Below are positions 45,177 to 54,849 of a stretch of 61,176 nucleotides of DNA, in pieces (the first letter of the stretch is position 1; each line of letters begins with the position of its first letter). Made by a program: the position numbers and the translations under genes. The notes under the pieces were generated by a model. It saw only the letters and a program-made list of their open reading frames with translations. It ran no database searches and was not told where the DNA came from. The stretch spans positions 1 through 61,176 of the forward strand of contig JBHLKA010000002.1 in the NCBI GenBank assembly GCA_048887145.1, given 5' to 3'. This DNA comes from Candidatus Hodarchaeota archaeon. GTDB taxonomy: Archaea > Asgardarchaeota > Lokiarchaeia > Sigyniarchaeales > SOKP01.

Positions 45177-46649
45177 TTAACCTTTTACAACACCAATCGG
45201 AACTAGTCTAACTACTTTTTCGACTATATTTAAATCATGACTTACCTGAACGACTTGATCAATATCTTTATAAGCACCTGGTGCTTCTTCAGCAATTACT
45301 TTCATAGAGGCCGCTTTAACTAAAATTCCTCTATTACTTAAATCCTCCTTTACTTTAGACCCCCAGTATTTTTTCGTTGCCTTAGATCTAGACATAACTC
45401 TACCAGATCCATGAGCCGTAGATCCAAAAGAAAGTTCCATCGCTTTAGGTTTTCCTACACATAAGTATGATGCACTTCCCATTGTACCCGGAATTAATGC
45501 TGGTTGTCCAATTTCTTTATATTCTTGGGGAAGTACTGGATGTCCAGGCGGAAATGCTCGAGTAGCACCTTTGCGATGCACATTTAATCTCATTTTTTTA
45601 CCATTTACTTCATGCTCTTCTATTTTTAAAATATTATGACAAACTCCATAAATTAAATGTAAACCCAACTCATCAAAACTCTTATTAAAATGATGTTGGA
45701 AAGACTCTCTTATCCAATGAGTTATCAATTGACGATTTGTAAAACCAAAATTAGCAGCGCAAGCCATTTGACTAAGATAATTTTGTGCTTCTGGAGTATC
45801 TGCTGGAACACAAGCTAATTCCCTATCTGGTACCGTGATATTATATTTTTTCATTGCACGTTCTATGCTACGTAGTGAATCGCTGCAAACTTGATGACCA
45901 ATTGCTCGAGAACCAGTGTGAACCATGACTGTGATTTGATTTTTTTCATTGATGCCAAGTCTCTTTGCAATTGACTCGTTATATATCGCATCAACTTTCT
46001 GAATTTCAAGGAAATGATTACCACTTCCTAATGATCCAAGTTGTTTAATTCCTCTTTCTTTCGCTTTTTGAGAAATAAGACTTGCATCAGCATCTTTTAA
46101 ACAACCCTTTTCCTCACAATATTGAAGATCTTCTTCAATCGCAAAATCATTCTCTAAAGCCCAATTCATTCCTGTATTTAAAACCTTGTCTAGATCTGAA
46201 TAAGTTATGTTTAGTTTACCCTTTGAACCCAAACCTGAAGGTATATTTTTAAAAATTGTATTTAATAGGGTTGGAATGGTATTTTTTATATCTTTAAGCA
46301 TTAAATTCGTTCTCAATAACCTAACTCCACAGTTAATATCGTACCCTACACCTCCTGGTGATATCATTCCCTTATCTGCATCTGTACCAGCAACTCCACC
46401 AATACAAAAACCATATCCTTGATGAGCATCCGAAAGTGCAATTACATGTTTTTCAACTCCTTGCAAACAAGCCACATTTGCTATCTGATCAAGCGTTCTA
46501 TCTAATTTTATTTTCTCAAGAATGTACTCATTAGCATAGATATGTACCGGTACTTTCATTTGAAACTTCTCAATTCGTCCTTCTACTCGTGCCATCAATG
46601 TCTTAGGCGGTATCTCGTATACATTGTCATCAATTTTATTCACATTCAT
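45177..46649 (-). CDS. rtcB: RtcB RNA-splicing (tRNA) ligase
   Basis: Contains GYDINCGVR, GSGNHFLEIQ, HTGSRAIGHQV and GSTAHGSGR motifs. The ORF extends to 46667, and the ATG at 46649 (MNVNKID) is the likely start. The length is consistent with an intein-free protein. Confidence 0.95.
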   Translation of the reverse strand: MNVNKIDDNVYEIPPKTLMARVEGRIEKFQMKVPVHIYANEYILEKIKLDRTLDQIANVACLQGVEKHVIALSDAHQGYGFCIGGVAGTDADKGMISPGGVGYDINCGVRLLRTNLMLKDIKNTIPTLLNTIFKNIPSGLGSKGKLNITYSDLDKVLNTGMNWALENDFAIEEDLQYCEEKGCLKDADASLISQKAKERGIKQLGSLGSGNHFLEIQKVDAIYNESIAKRLGINEKNQITVMVHTGSRAIGHQVCSDSLRSIERAMKKYNITVPDRELACVPADTPEAQNYLSQMACAANFGFTNRQLITHWIRESFQHHFNKSFDELGLHLIYGVCHNILKIEEHEVNGKKMRLNVHRKGATRAFPPGHPVLPQEYKEIGQPALIPGTMGSASYLCVGKPKAMELSFGSTAHGSGRVMSRSKATKKYWGSKVKEDLSNRGILVKAASMKVIAEEAPGAYKDIDQVVQVSHDLNIVEKVVRLVPIGVVKG

Positions 46650-46765
46650 AATACAATAACTAATCAAAGAATTTTCATAAATTTTTTCATTTACTTTAAA
46701 AATAATATTTCTTTAAATCCCTTTTGAAAAATTATTAAACAAATTACTAACAAACAGAAGATAAT

Positions 46766-47851
46766 CTATTGAAGAGAAGATTGGTCATCTCTTTTAGTAA
46801 TTTTTGTATTATTTAAAAGAGTTTTAATTAAGAATTCTCTCTCAAGCTGAAATTTCTTTTCATCTAATCGAATTCGAAAAGTAAGTTTCTTATTGTCGAT
46901 TATCTCAATCCAATGAAGTTTTTCAAATAATTTCAATACTTTAAAATCAAACTTTTCTTTTTCACTATATCTTTTTATATCATCTATTATAGAATCTAAT
47001 TTTTTTCTAAAATTCTTCTCATTGTTAAAGTTAATAAGAAACTCTTTTTCCTCAGCTAAATTCATCCATAAAAAATAATCATCATCCTCCAAAATCCTAC
47101 TGTAATTTGTAAAGTATCTCAAATTTTCATTCATTAACTCTATTCTTTTACTTTTCATTAATTTTTCCTCAAAATACAAATCTGTTGGTTTAAAATCCAT
47201 TCTGCAATAATTGTCATGTTCTGAATAAATAGCATTAATTAGTTTTATTCCAATAAAGCCAAACGTTCCGACAAAGAATTTATAACTTTCATAACTTATA
47301 TTCCTGTAAATACCCACAATCTCCCAAATTAAAGTTGGATATTTACTATCCTTTCCTGTAACGACCTCAAATCTATAATCTCTTGCTGTTTTATTCGCTA
47401 AAGCATAATTTTTAAATCGCTCAAGAAGATTTGTAATGGTTGAAATATCTCTGATATCAATATTTTTTAAAAGATACTTTCTGAAGGCAAATAAGTAACT
47501 AGTTATCTTCTCATAAGATAATCCACTATATCTATTCTTCTCTAACGATGGTTCGTGTTGGGGTATTGTAGCTCTAAAGGAAAAGTCCCTATAAAAACCA
47601 CTTATACCAATATCAACGAATCTCTCAAAATCGTCTAAACCCTTTCCCTTTTGGAAGATATTCATAACCTTCTCCATTACATAATTATAAAAGGCAGATA
47701 CACTTCTAAATCTATCATCCTCAGGAAATTTTTGCTGATTTACACTTACATATCTCTCAATCCAATCCTTAAGTGCTGGAGATATCGAAATTGACTGGTG
47801 TGTTGTTCTCTTTTCAGATAAAAATCTTTTTGATGTCATTTTTCTGAACAT
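46766..47851 (-). CDS. Hypothetical protein
   Basis: 361-aa ORF. The N-terminus (SISISPALKDWIERYV) could be a ribbon-helix-helix-like strand and helix. No family was recognised. Confidence 0.5.
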   Translation of the reverse strand: MFRKMTSKRFLSEKRTTHQSISISPALKDWIERYVSVNQQKFPEDDRFRSVSAFYNYVMEKVMNIFQKGKGLDDFERFVDIGISGFYRDFSFRATIPQHEPSLEKNRYSGLSYEKITSYLFAFRKYLLKNIDIRDISTITNLLERFKNYALANKTARDYRFEVVTGKDSKYPTLIWEIVGIYRNISYESYKFFVGTFGFIGIKLINAIYSEHDNYCRMDFKPTDLYFEEKLMKSKRIELMNENLRYFTNYSRILEDDDYFLWMNLAEEKEFLINFNNEKNFRKKLDSIIDDIKRYSEKEKFDFKVLKLFEKLHWIEIIDNKKLTFRIRLDEKKFQLEREFLIKTLLNNTKITKRDDQSSLQ

Positions 47852-48108
47852 TTTGTCTATTGTCCTATTTTTCTAGTAATCACGATTCTATAAAAACATG
47901 CTGGGATTTTTTTGATCTGTTAAATAAGTTTATGTTTTCTATTAATAGAAGATTCAATTCAATTGAAATAGACAAAAAATTCAATCTTACATTATACAGC
48001 AAATTGAAATTATAATATAGTTATTTTCAGATTTGTAGCCCTTAAAACTTGAACTTTTTGAAGGAAGTAGTCATAAAATAAGAGGATGAGTAAATTAAAT
48101 TAAAAATA

Positions 48109-48666
48109 TTACTTAATTTCAATAAATTTTAAAAGACCAAGATCATCCAAATCATCTATCATAACCTGGATCTCTGCCTCTGGTTTGCCAGTCTTCTCTG
48201 CTATCTCTTCTATTGTATGAAATCCATCAGCTAAATGCGCTATTTTGTACATCTCCCTATCTAAAAAACCCTGTGTAATTACTTGTTTTGGCAACCGCTT
48301 TGATGTCCACGCTGGCTTCTGATCCCTCGACTGTCGTAAATCTTCCTCAGTAAGAACTAAACCCCTCTTCGCAATTTGCTTCCGGGACTTTACAAAATCC
48401 TTCTCAAAAATTTTTAAAATCGGAATCTTTAACTCAACCTCTGCAACTTTTCCATTTTGCAACATGTCGTCAATAACAGGCTCAAAACCCCTAAAAAGAC
48501 GGACATCTCCGCCCCAATTCTGAAGTTTCTCCTCATATCCAGCAAGAAATTTATCAATAATGTCGCTTAACGCCTTATGCGTTATCTTGGCATCATCATT
48601 CTTATCAGCAGCAGCCGTGCATAACACTCCCCCCTTAAAGACTAACAATAGATAAAATATCTGCAT
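48109..48666 (-). CDS. Longin/roadblock-like plus winged-HTH protein (minimal ATG-initiated ORF; the conserved N-terminus lies upstream without a canonical start)
   Basis: The 185-aa ORF has a C-terminal wHTH-like region, HTIEEIAEKTGKPEAEIQVMIDDLDDLGLLKFIE. The same frame stays open upstream to 48843. That extension encodes NVFIIDQYTGICLIHRKYG..DLVSGFLTALKDFSVEF, the family motif. Confidence 0.5.
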   Translation of the reverse strand: MQIFYLLLVFKGGVLCTAAADKNDDAKITHKALSDIIDKFLAGYEEKLQNWGGDVRLFRGFEPVIDDMLQNGKVAEVELKIPILKIFEKDFVKSRKQIAKRGLVLTEEDLRQSRDQKPAWTSKRLPKQVITQGFLDREMYKIAHLADGFHTIEEIAEKTGKPEAEIQVMIDDLDDLGLLKFIEIK

Positions 48667-49110
48667 ATCAATAACTTTTAATTCACCACTACCTTTTGAG
48701 AATTCAACGCTAAAATCCTTTAAGGCTGTTAAAAACCCTGAAACTAAATCTTGATTAAACTCTATCGTTCCATATTTACGATGGATTAAACAGATGCCCG
48801 TATATTGGTCTATAATGAATACATTATGAAGGATAGTACTTTCTCAACTCCGATTATGATTTTTCTAAAAACGATTTTAATTGTATATTAAATAAAATAA
48901 TTCTAATATAAATTTCTTTATAACTACAAAAATTCTAGAAAATATATCTTGCTTAATTATGATTCAAATCCAATCAGTGATTTTAGAGCCATCTCCTACA
49001 TAATTTAATAGATCTTGCTTCTTATTTTTCTTTAAGAAGGCTTTAAAGTCATCATGCGAGAAATTTAGGCTTGTTTTTATATCGTTAAGGCTTTTAGCAG
49101 CCAGATCTTC

Positions 49111-49470
49111 TTACTTTTCAAATGCGTTTTTATGGATGGGCGCGATTCGTGCTAGGTTCACGGCGTTCATAAACATAGTATAGGTTTGGTCTCTATATCC
49201 CATAAACTCGGCGAACTCTTCTGGCTTTAAAATCATGACATTGTGTTTATATGGTATATTATCGGGAACTTTTTGAGATTTTAATGCATTGACAGGTGTG
49301 AGGATTAATAATTTATTTTGAGCTTGAAATCCTCTTGAGCTATGATCAATTGCTTTGATTGTATTGACACCCAGGTAATAATCGACAGAGATTAATTCTA
49401 TATTAGATTTATTAGATAAGATTTTTTTCGCATTTTCTGACATATTTAGCATCTTTTCATCGACATACAC
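49111..49470 (-). pseudogene. Hypothetical gene fragment (frame is open on both sides of its start and stop)
   Basis: 119 aa, GTG start. The frame is open for 35 more codons upstream without a start codon. It continues for 48 codons past the TAA at 49111-49113, ending at the TGA at 48964. Confidence 0.35.
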
Positions 49471-49588
49471 ACAGTTATCAACGCAATTAAGTTTGTATTG
49501 GGGATTTTTTTCACTTGGTCTAATTTCGAACCACGAGTGGCATTCATTATCTCGTGTATGTTTAAGGAAGATTTGCTAAATTGATTTC

Positions 49589-49768
49589 TCAAGAATATTT
49601 ATAATAGCTTATGTACTGTTTAATCGCGGGATTATACCGTAGACCTTGTTCATAACGGTAATAACACTTAGGGCAGGTAAAAGTAGTAGCTGTTCCACCT
49701 TTTAATTCTTTACGCGTTTCGCAATTCATTAAGGTTCCACATCTATCGCAATAGGAACGTTTTTCCAT
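49589..49768 (-). CDS. Small zinc-ribbon protein (59 aa, below the ORF-track cutoff)
   Basis: Hand translation gives MEKRSYCDRCGTLMNCETRKELKGGTATTFTCPKCYYRYEQGLRYNPAIKQYISYYKYS, with CxxC...CxxC cysteine pairs. The segment is relatively GC-rich. Confidence 0.4.
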   Translation of the reverse strand: MEKRSYCDRCGTLMNCETRKELKGGTATTFTCPKCYYRYEQGLRYNPAIKQYISYYKYS

Positions 49769-49948
49769 ATTTATTTTTTTACTTTTAAGAATTTAAACTA
49801 CTTTTAATTAAGTATTTAACAGAAATAAGGTAAAAAAGTCAAATTCTTTACATAATTCTTTTCAATCTTTCTATTAAAAAATCGTAATAAGATATTAATG
49901 ATTGTAAATAATGTTAAATTATTTAGATTCAAATAGTAAAATTTAAAG

Positions 49949-50491
49949 GTGTTTAAAAAAATCACAGAAAGACGTGAAGGTTTTACGAATGATGATTTGA
50001 TGGAGGTACTCAATGGTCAGACAGAAGTTGGCTCTAGATACAAAAGCCATTTCTTTGCGATGTTTGCCCAATTATTCTGTACAATAGCAGAGATTATCAT
50101 TTCTGAGTTTGCAGATAAGGGGAGAGAAGCAATGGTGAATGCAGTGAAGAAATATGGAGAAGAACGAGGTAGGAGAATAGCTGAGATTGTTAAATCACAA
50201 GGTAAGGAATTAAATTTAAAAAATTTATTTATTTATGGCGATTTAGATGCCAAAAATACATTAAAATATACACCAAAAATAATTGATGGGAATCTAGAGA
50301 TCGTGGGAAGGGATTGTATGTTCTGTAATGGATGTAAAGAGTGGGATAAAGTAGAATACGGCCAGATTTACTGCGAATATATTGATATCTCCATATTGAA
50401 AGGTTATAACCCGAATCTCAAGATTAAAGTTCTTTCAACGCTGACTAAGGGAAATAAAAGGTGCATATTAAGATATATAGTAAAAGAATAA
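49949..50491 (+). CDS. Cys-containing hypothetical protein (possibly L-2-amino-thiazoline-4-carboxylate hydrolase-like)
   Basis: 180 aa, GTG start. The C-terminal CMFCNGCKEW...YCEYID...KRCILRY is reminiscent of the ATC-hydrolase family. The assignment is weak. Confidence 0.4.
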   Translation: MFKKITERREGFTNDDLMEVLNGQTEVGSRYKSHFFAMFAQLFCTIAEIIISEFADKGREAMVNAVKKYGEERGRRIAEIVKSQGKELNLKNLFIYGDLDAKNTLKYTPKIIDGNLEIVGRDCMFCNGCKEWDKVEYGQIYCEYIDISILKGYNPNLKIKVLSTLTKGNKRCILRYIVKE

Positions 50492-50528
50492 AAGCGGAAT
50501 TTATTTAGGTAAAATAAATAATGAGGAC

Positions 50529-50717
50529 TTAAATTTGAAATGATTCATAAATACTCTTAACATCAATAGCAAATTCTTTACAAATAACATATAATACGTT
50601 CAATTTAGAGATTTCTTTGAGGTCCTGTTGTTTTTTAACAATAAGATGCTCAATTTCTCTCCGTGATAAACCAGTTTTTTTGATTATGTTAAAAATATAA
50701 TTATCCGTAAGATTCAT
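50529..50717 (-). CDS. Small hypothetical protein
   Basis: 62-aa ORF. The GLSRREIEHLIVKKQQDLKE..VLYVICKEFAIDV pattern resembles small helical N-terminal modules seen on some archaeal RPA-like proteins. The assignment is weak. Confidence 0.3.
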   Translation of the reverse strand: MNLTDNYIFNIIKKTGLSRREIEHLIVKKQQDLKEISKLNVLYVICKEFAIDVKSIYESFQI

Positions 50718-50824
50718 TTTCTCGTAATTTAATCAGAGTTTTAATATTTATTCTAGAATAGTACCTAAATAGTACACATTTTCATCAATGAATTTAAAAA
50801 AACCTAATTAAATACAATTTTAAT

Positions 50825-51118
50825 CTAAATTACTAAAGTATCTCTCAAAAGTTCTTTCAACTTCTCTCTCTCATTTTTGGAGAGAAATCTTGAGTCCTTC
50901 CCTGCTTTTTCAAATCTATCCAGTGGAAGGTCCCCAATAAGATTAAGTAAAATGATTAAACTATTTTTCACCAGGCTTATATCATTCGTAGTATCTAACA
51001 AGAACATGAGCTTCCTGAGGGTTTTACATAGCCACAGAGTTTCATAACGTTTATTTCGCGCTTTAGCATACCCTCTTAAGATTTTATTGTACCACCAATC
51101 TTCATAATTACTAATCAT
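50825..51118 (-). CDS. Hypothetical protein
   Basis: 97-aa ORF. No family was recognised. Confidence 0.35.
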   Translation of the reverse strand: MISNYEDWWYNKILRGYAKARNKRYETLWLCKTLRKLMFLLDTTNDISLVKNSLIILLNLIGDLPLDRFEKAGKDSRFLSKNEREKLKELLRDTLVI

Positions 51119-51248
51119 TATCTTTATTCTATAGCTATCTTATTATTATCCACTATATTTTTTGAGTAAAGAATCTATCATAAATCTTAAAAGACTTGTA
51201 AATCAGTATAACATTATTAGATAATTGGATATAAACCAAGGGATTAAA

Positions 51249-51563
51249 ATGAGTCATTATATCTTTTTAGTTACCGTTCCTAATTTAGAGGAAGGCAAAA
51301 AAATTGCGAAGACATTAGTAGAAAACAAAATTGTGGCATGCGTGAACATTATTCAAGATATTATTTCTATCTACAGATGGAAGGGAAGAATTGAAGAGAA
51401 TGGGGAACATCTGCTCGTAATTAAAACGAATGAAAAAAATAGTAAGGATTTAATTGACAAGATTAATGAAATTCATAGCTATGATACTCCAGAATGTATA
51501 GGATTCAAGATAGATAAAGGATTGGAAAAATATTTGAACTGGATAAATCAAGTTGTAAAATAA
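51249..51563 (+). CDS. cutA: Divalent-cation tolerance protein CutA
   Basis: VACVNIIQDIISIYRWKGRIEENGEHLLVIKT...IHSYDTPECIGF is the CutA1 signature. The tracked ORF starts at a TTG at 51225, and the ATG at 51249 is the more likely start. Confidence 0.85.
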   Translation: MSHYIFLVTVPNLEEGKKIAKTLVENKIVACVNIIQDIISIYRWKGRIEENGEHLLVIKTNEKNSKDLIDKINEIHSYDTPECIGFKIDKGLEKYLNWINQVVK

Positions 51564-51580
51564 AAAAATTTCTCTAATGA

Positions 51581-52402
51581 GTGCTTATGGCTTTTGATAT
51601 CTTCCAAGTAGATTGGATTTTAGTAGATAGTATAATAATTATTATATTGATTTTATTACTTATAGGTGTTAGAATATTTAAATCGGTAAATAGATGGAGA
51701 TTCTCATTATCTAATGAAAGATTATCCAGAATAGTATTTAAAGGCTCTGCCATTAAAACTCAGAATAAAAATATTATAATTAAACAATTTGAATTAACAA
51801 AGTATCCTAATGAAAACAAAAACGTTAATTCTAAACCCACAATAATATTAATTAAATCTAGGAACAGGCGAAAGCTATCTAGCGCTTTAGCTGAAGGTAT
51901 AAGCAGCTATGGAATGGATGTAATTAATTTAACGTGCAAAATCCTTAAAAACCCAAAAGATAATAATAGGATTGAAATTCAAAAAGATATTATAAAATTA
52001 ATCAATTCGTTATATGAATTTTTCAAACAAAATAGAATTAAAATAAGTATAAAGTATTATCTTGTGAACTTTATTCAAACAAATCTTATTTATAGTCCAT
52101 TCATCAACGATATTAACAATAATAAACTTATTTTAATTAATCCGAAACTAAATAGATTTAATAAAACACAAATTCTTGAAATTTTAAATTCAGGTAATTT
52201 AAGATCACGTATGTGTTTAGTTTATAGTGGCAAGGTAAATAGATTTTTAAAAAAACATTCATTGAAAAGATTTATTTTAAAAATTACTTCGAATGATACA
52301 TCCGATTGGAAATTATTTATGTTTAAAAAAGCTTCAAATTCTTTCAAGTATTATGAAACTATACTCTTAGGCACTATAATTAACATTGTAGAAAATAAAT
52401 AA
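51581..52402 (+). CDS. Hypothetical N-terminally membrane-anchored protein
   Basis: 273 aa, GTG start, with a single N-terminal hydrophobic helix (WILVDSIIIIILILLLIGV). No family was recognised. Confidence 0.45.
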   Translation: MLMAFDIFQVDWILVDSIIIIILILLLIGVRIFKSVNRWRFSLSNERLSRIVFKGSAIKTQNKNIIIKQFELTKYPNENKNVNSKPTIILIKSRNRRKLSSALAEGISSYGMDVINLTCKILKNPKDNNRIEIQKDIIKLINSLYEFFKQNRIKISIKYYLVNFIQTNLIYSPFINDINNNKLILINPKLNRFNKTQILEILNSGNLRSRMCLVYSGKVNRFLKKHSLKRFILKITSNDTSDWKLFMFKKASNSFKYYETILLGTIINIVENK

Positions 52403-52431
52403 AATAAACTGCAAAAAGTAAGTCCCTACAA

Positions 52432-53139
52432 ATGAAAAAAGCAAAAATTTTGAAAGAACATTACCAAACATCTATTTACTCAGAAGAGAATTGGAAACTT
52501 CTTAAATCAAAAAGAGCCCGAGCGATTGAATTAATATCTATTTTCGTAAAGGAAGGATTGAAACCATTTATTTATGGGAGCGTTGCTCGTGGTGATGTTC
52601 ATATTGATAGCGATATTGATATTATTTTCACGCAATTAATTCCTTCTTTTCAAGTTGAATATATTTTAAATAAGCATGGATTTGATCCTTATCTTCGAGA
52701 AATTCTTATGGCAACTCCAAATGATTCACTGAAGCTATATATTTATTTAAGTGAATTAGAAAGTATAACGGTTCCTCTTTCTAAATTAGAGGCTAATACC
52801 TTAGAATTTTATGATTTTGGTGGTAAGGTAAATCTAAATGATTTAGAAAATAACATTAGGGTGCCTGGGGTAGATAAGAGATTATTATTAATCAAACCAA
52901 ATGAACAAGGCCATGAAGAATACTCAATTATTGGAAATGAGCATTTAGCAGCAAAAGAGTTAAAAATCAGTTTGAATACCATAAATGAAAGAATAAGTGT
53001 TTTATTAAAAAGAGAAAAATATGGAAGAACTGGGGTATTTTTAAAAAGAACTTTAAATATTCAAGAAACAACGGAAAGTGTGTTAAAAGAGCTCGCCAAT
53101 AAGAAATCTATTGTTAGAAAAAAACTCTATCAAAAATAA
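52432..53139 (+). CDS. Pol-beta-superfamily nucleotidyltransferase domain protein
   Basis: 235 aa. FIYGSVARGDVHIDSDIDIIF is the GS-x(n)-DxD NTase motif. Confidence 0.7.
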   Translation: MKKAKILKEHYQTSIYSEENWKLLKSKRARAIELISIFVKEGLKPFIYGSVARGDVHIDSDIDIIFTQLIPSFQVEYILNKHGFDPYLREILMATPNDSLKLYIYLSELESITVPLSKLEANTLEFYDFGGKVNLNDLENNIRVPGVDKRLLLIKPNEQGHEEYSIIGNEHLAAKELKISLNTINERISVLLKREKYGRTGVFLKRTLNIQETTESVLKELANKKSIVRKKLYQK

Positions 53140-53144
53140 AAATA

Positions 53145-54287
53145 TTGAACGTTTCAAAATCAAAAGCAGGAACATTTTTTATTAAAGGCAGAGGTATCCC
53201 GAAGGGATGCCAGCTGTGTTTAAATGGGACAAAAACGGTTTTATTTATAAATGGATTATGCCAAAATCCTAAACATTGCTATTGGTATTGTCCCATTTCA
53301 AATGAAAGAAAAGGAAAGGATTTTACTTATGCTAATGAAATTAAAATTAAATCTAAGGAAGAATTAATTGATGAGATCAATCTAATGAATGCAAAAGGGA
53401 TGAGTTTAACCGGGGGGGATCCTCTCTTTGGTAATAACTTTGAAAAGACACTAGAATTTATTAAATATGTCAAAATGAGAAAAGGCAAAAAGTTTCACAT
53501 TCATCTCTATACCAATGGTTTAAATTTTAGTGAAGAAATCGCTATTAAGTTGGCTGAAGCTGGTTTAGACGAAATAAGATTTAATCCCCCTAAAGAAAAT
53601 TGGAATGTGATTCAATCCGCATTAAATAAAGGATTTATTGTTGGAGCAGAAGTACCAGTCATTCCCAATAAAAAATATTTGAAGGAACTTGAAGACTTCA
53701 TAATTTATTTAGATAAAATTGGAGCAGAATTCATAAATCTAAATGAATTTGAGTTTTCTTTTCCAAATAGTCAACATCTTAAGGAAAGGGGTTTTATTTT
53801 AAAGAAAGGATCAATTGCCTCTGTAGAAAAGAGTAAAGAAAAAGCTCTTGAATTATTACGAAAAATTCACAATAAAGTTAATCTTCAAATTCACTTCTGC
53901 CCAATAAGAACTAAGGATTATTGGCAGCTAAAAGAAAGATATATAAGACGAGCAAAATCAATTAAAATGCCTTATGAAGATCTATCAGAAGAAGGACTAT
54001 TGCTATTTGCTCAAATTGAAGGTAATGTAAATGCTTTGAAAGAATTTAAAGATTTTTTAATTAATGAGATAAAAATTCCTCAAAAGTATGTAAATTTTAA
54101 CAAAATGCATATAAAAATGCCATTAACTTTTGCTTTAGAAGACAAATTCATAGAATTACTTGAAGAACGTGAATTAAATGGATTTATTGTAGAAATAACT
54201 CCGTTTAGGGAAGAAGAATATTGCCAAACAACAGAAAAAACCCCCATTAAGGTATTTAAAGAAGAGATGAGTATTGATGGAGATTAA
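53145..54287 (+). CDS. Radical-SAM-like protein with a non-canonical Cys cluster
   Basis: 380 aa, TTG start. Contains CQNPKHCYWYCP (C-x5-C-x3-C), MSLTGGDPLF (GGE-like) and a TIM-barrel-like repeat pattern. It starts 5 bp after the NTase gene and overlaps the GNAT gene. Confidence 0.6.
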   Translation: MNVSKSKAGTFFIKGRGIPKGCQLCLNGTKTVLFINGLCQNPKHCYWYCPISNERKGKDFTYANEIKIKSKEELIDEINLMNAKGMSLTGGDPLFGNNFEKTLEFIKYVKMRKGKKFHIHLYTNGLNFSEEIAIKLAEAGLDEIRFNPPKENWNVIQSALNKGFIVGAEVPVIPNKKYLKELEDFIIYLDKIGAEFINLNEFEFSFPNSQHLKERGFILKKGSIASVEKSKEKALELLRKIHNKVNLQIHFCPIRTKDYWQLKERYIRRAKSIKMPYEDLSEEGLLLFAQIEGNVNALKEFKDFLINEIKIPQKYVNFNKMHIKMPLTFALEDKFIELLEERELNGFIVEITPFREEEYCQTTEKTPIKVFKEEMSIDGD

Positions 54288-54723
54288 CAAGGTTAATTTA
54301 GATGATTTGGATACCATTATGAAAATGGAAAAAGAAGCCTTCAAAAGCGATGCTTTTTCGAAAGAAACTATGAAAAAATTGATCTTACAAAGCCCCTTAT
54401 TTTTAAAATTAATTAAAAAGCAAGATAAGCAGAAAATATTAGGCTTCATAATCATTATTCAAGATTACCTTAATAGGCTGAATATTATTAATTTTTTAAT
54501 TAATAAAAAAAATCAAAATAAGGGTTATGGTTCTTATTTGTTAACGAAAACACTAGAAATTGTTAGAAAAATGGATGGAATAAAAAAGATCGTTTTAAAT
54601 GTTAAAACAAAAAATAGAACTGCAATAAAGTTATATGAAGAATTTAATTTTCGCATTGTAAGAGAAATAGAGAATTATTATAGAAATCAAGAAAATGCTT
54701 ATTTAATGGAATTGGATCTCTAA
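54277..54723 (+). CDS. rimI: GNAT N-acetyltransferase (RimI / Nat-type protein N-terminal acetyltransferase)
   Basis: Contains the acetyl-CoA motif QNKGYGSYLL and the C-terminal block AIKLYEEFNFRIVREIENYYRNQENAYLMEL. The ATG at 54277 overlaps the upstream gene end by 11 nt. Confidence 0.8.
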   Translation: MEINKVNLDDLDTIMKMEKEAFKSDAFSKETMKKLILQSPLFLKLIKKQDKQKILGFIIIIQDYLNRLNIINFLINKKNQNKGYGSYLLTKTLEIVRKMDGIKKIVLNVKTKNRTAIKLYEEFNFRIVREIENYYRNQENAYLMELDL

Positions 54724-54849
54724 TTTTTATCGATTTTTAAATATTTTTCTATAAACTTAAACTTATAAATAAAAACTATTATAATATCTGTAAATTAAAT
54801 TTTATAATTTCCTCACAGAAATTATTAACTGTAAAGGAGATAGGGAATA

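Noticed and set aside
42434-46727. ORFs 42434..42709, 43495..43728, 46207..46422 and 46542..46727
   Set aside because: They are antisense to orc1, carS and rtcB respectively. They are shadow ORFs.
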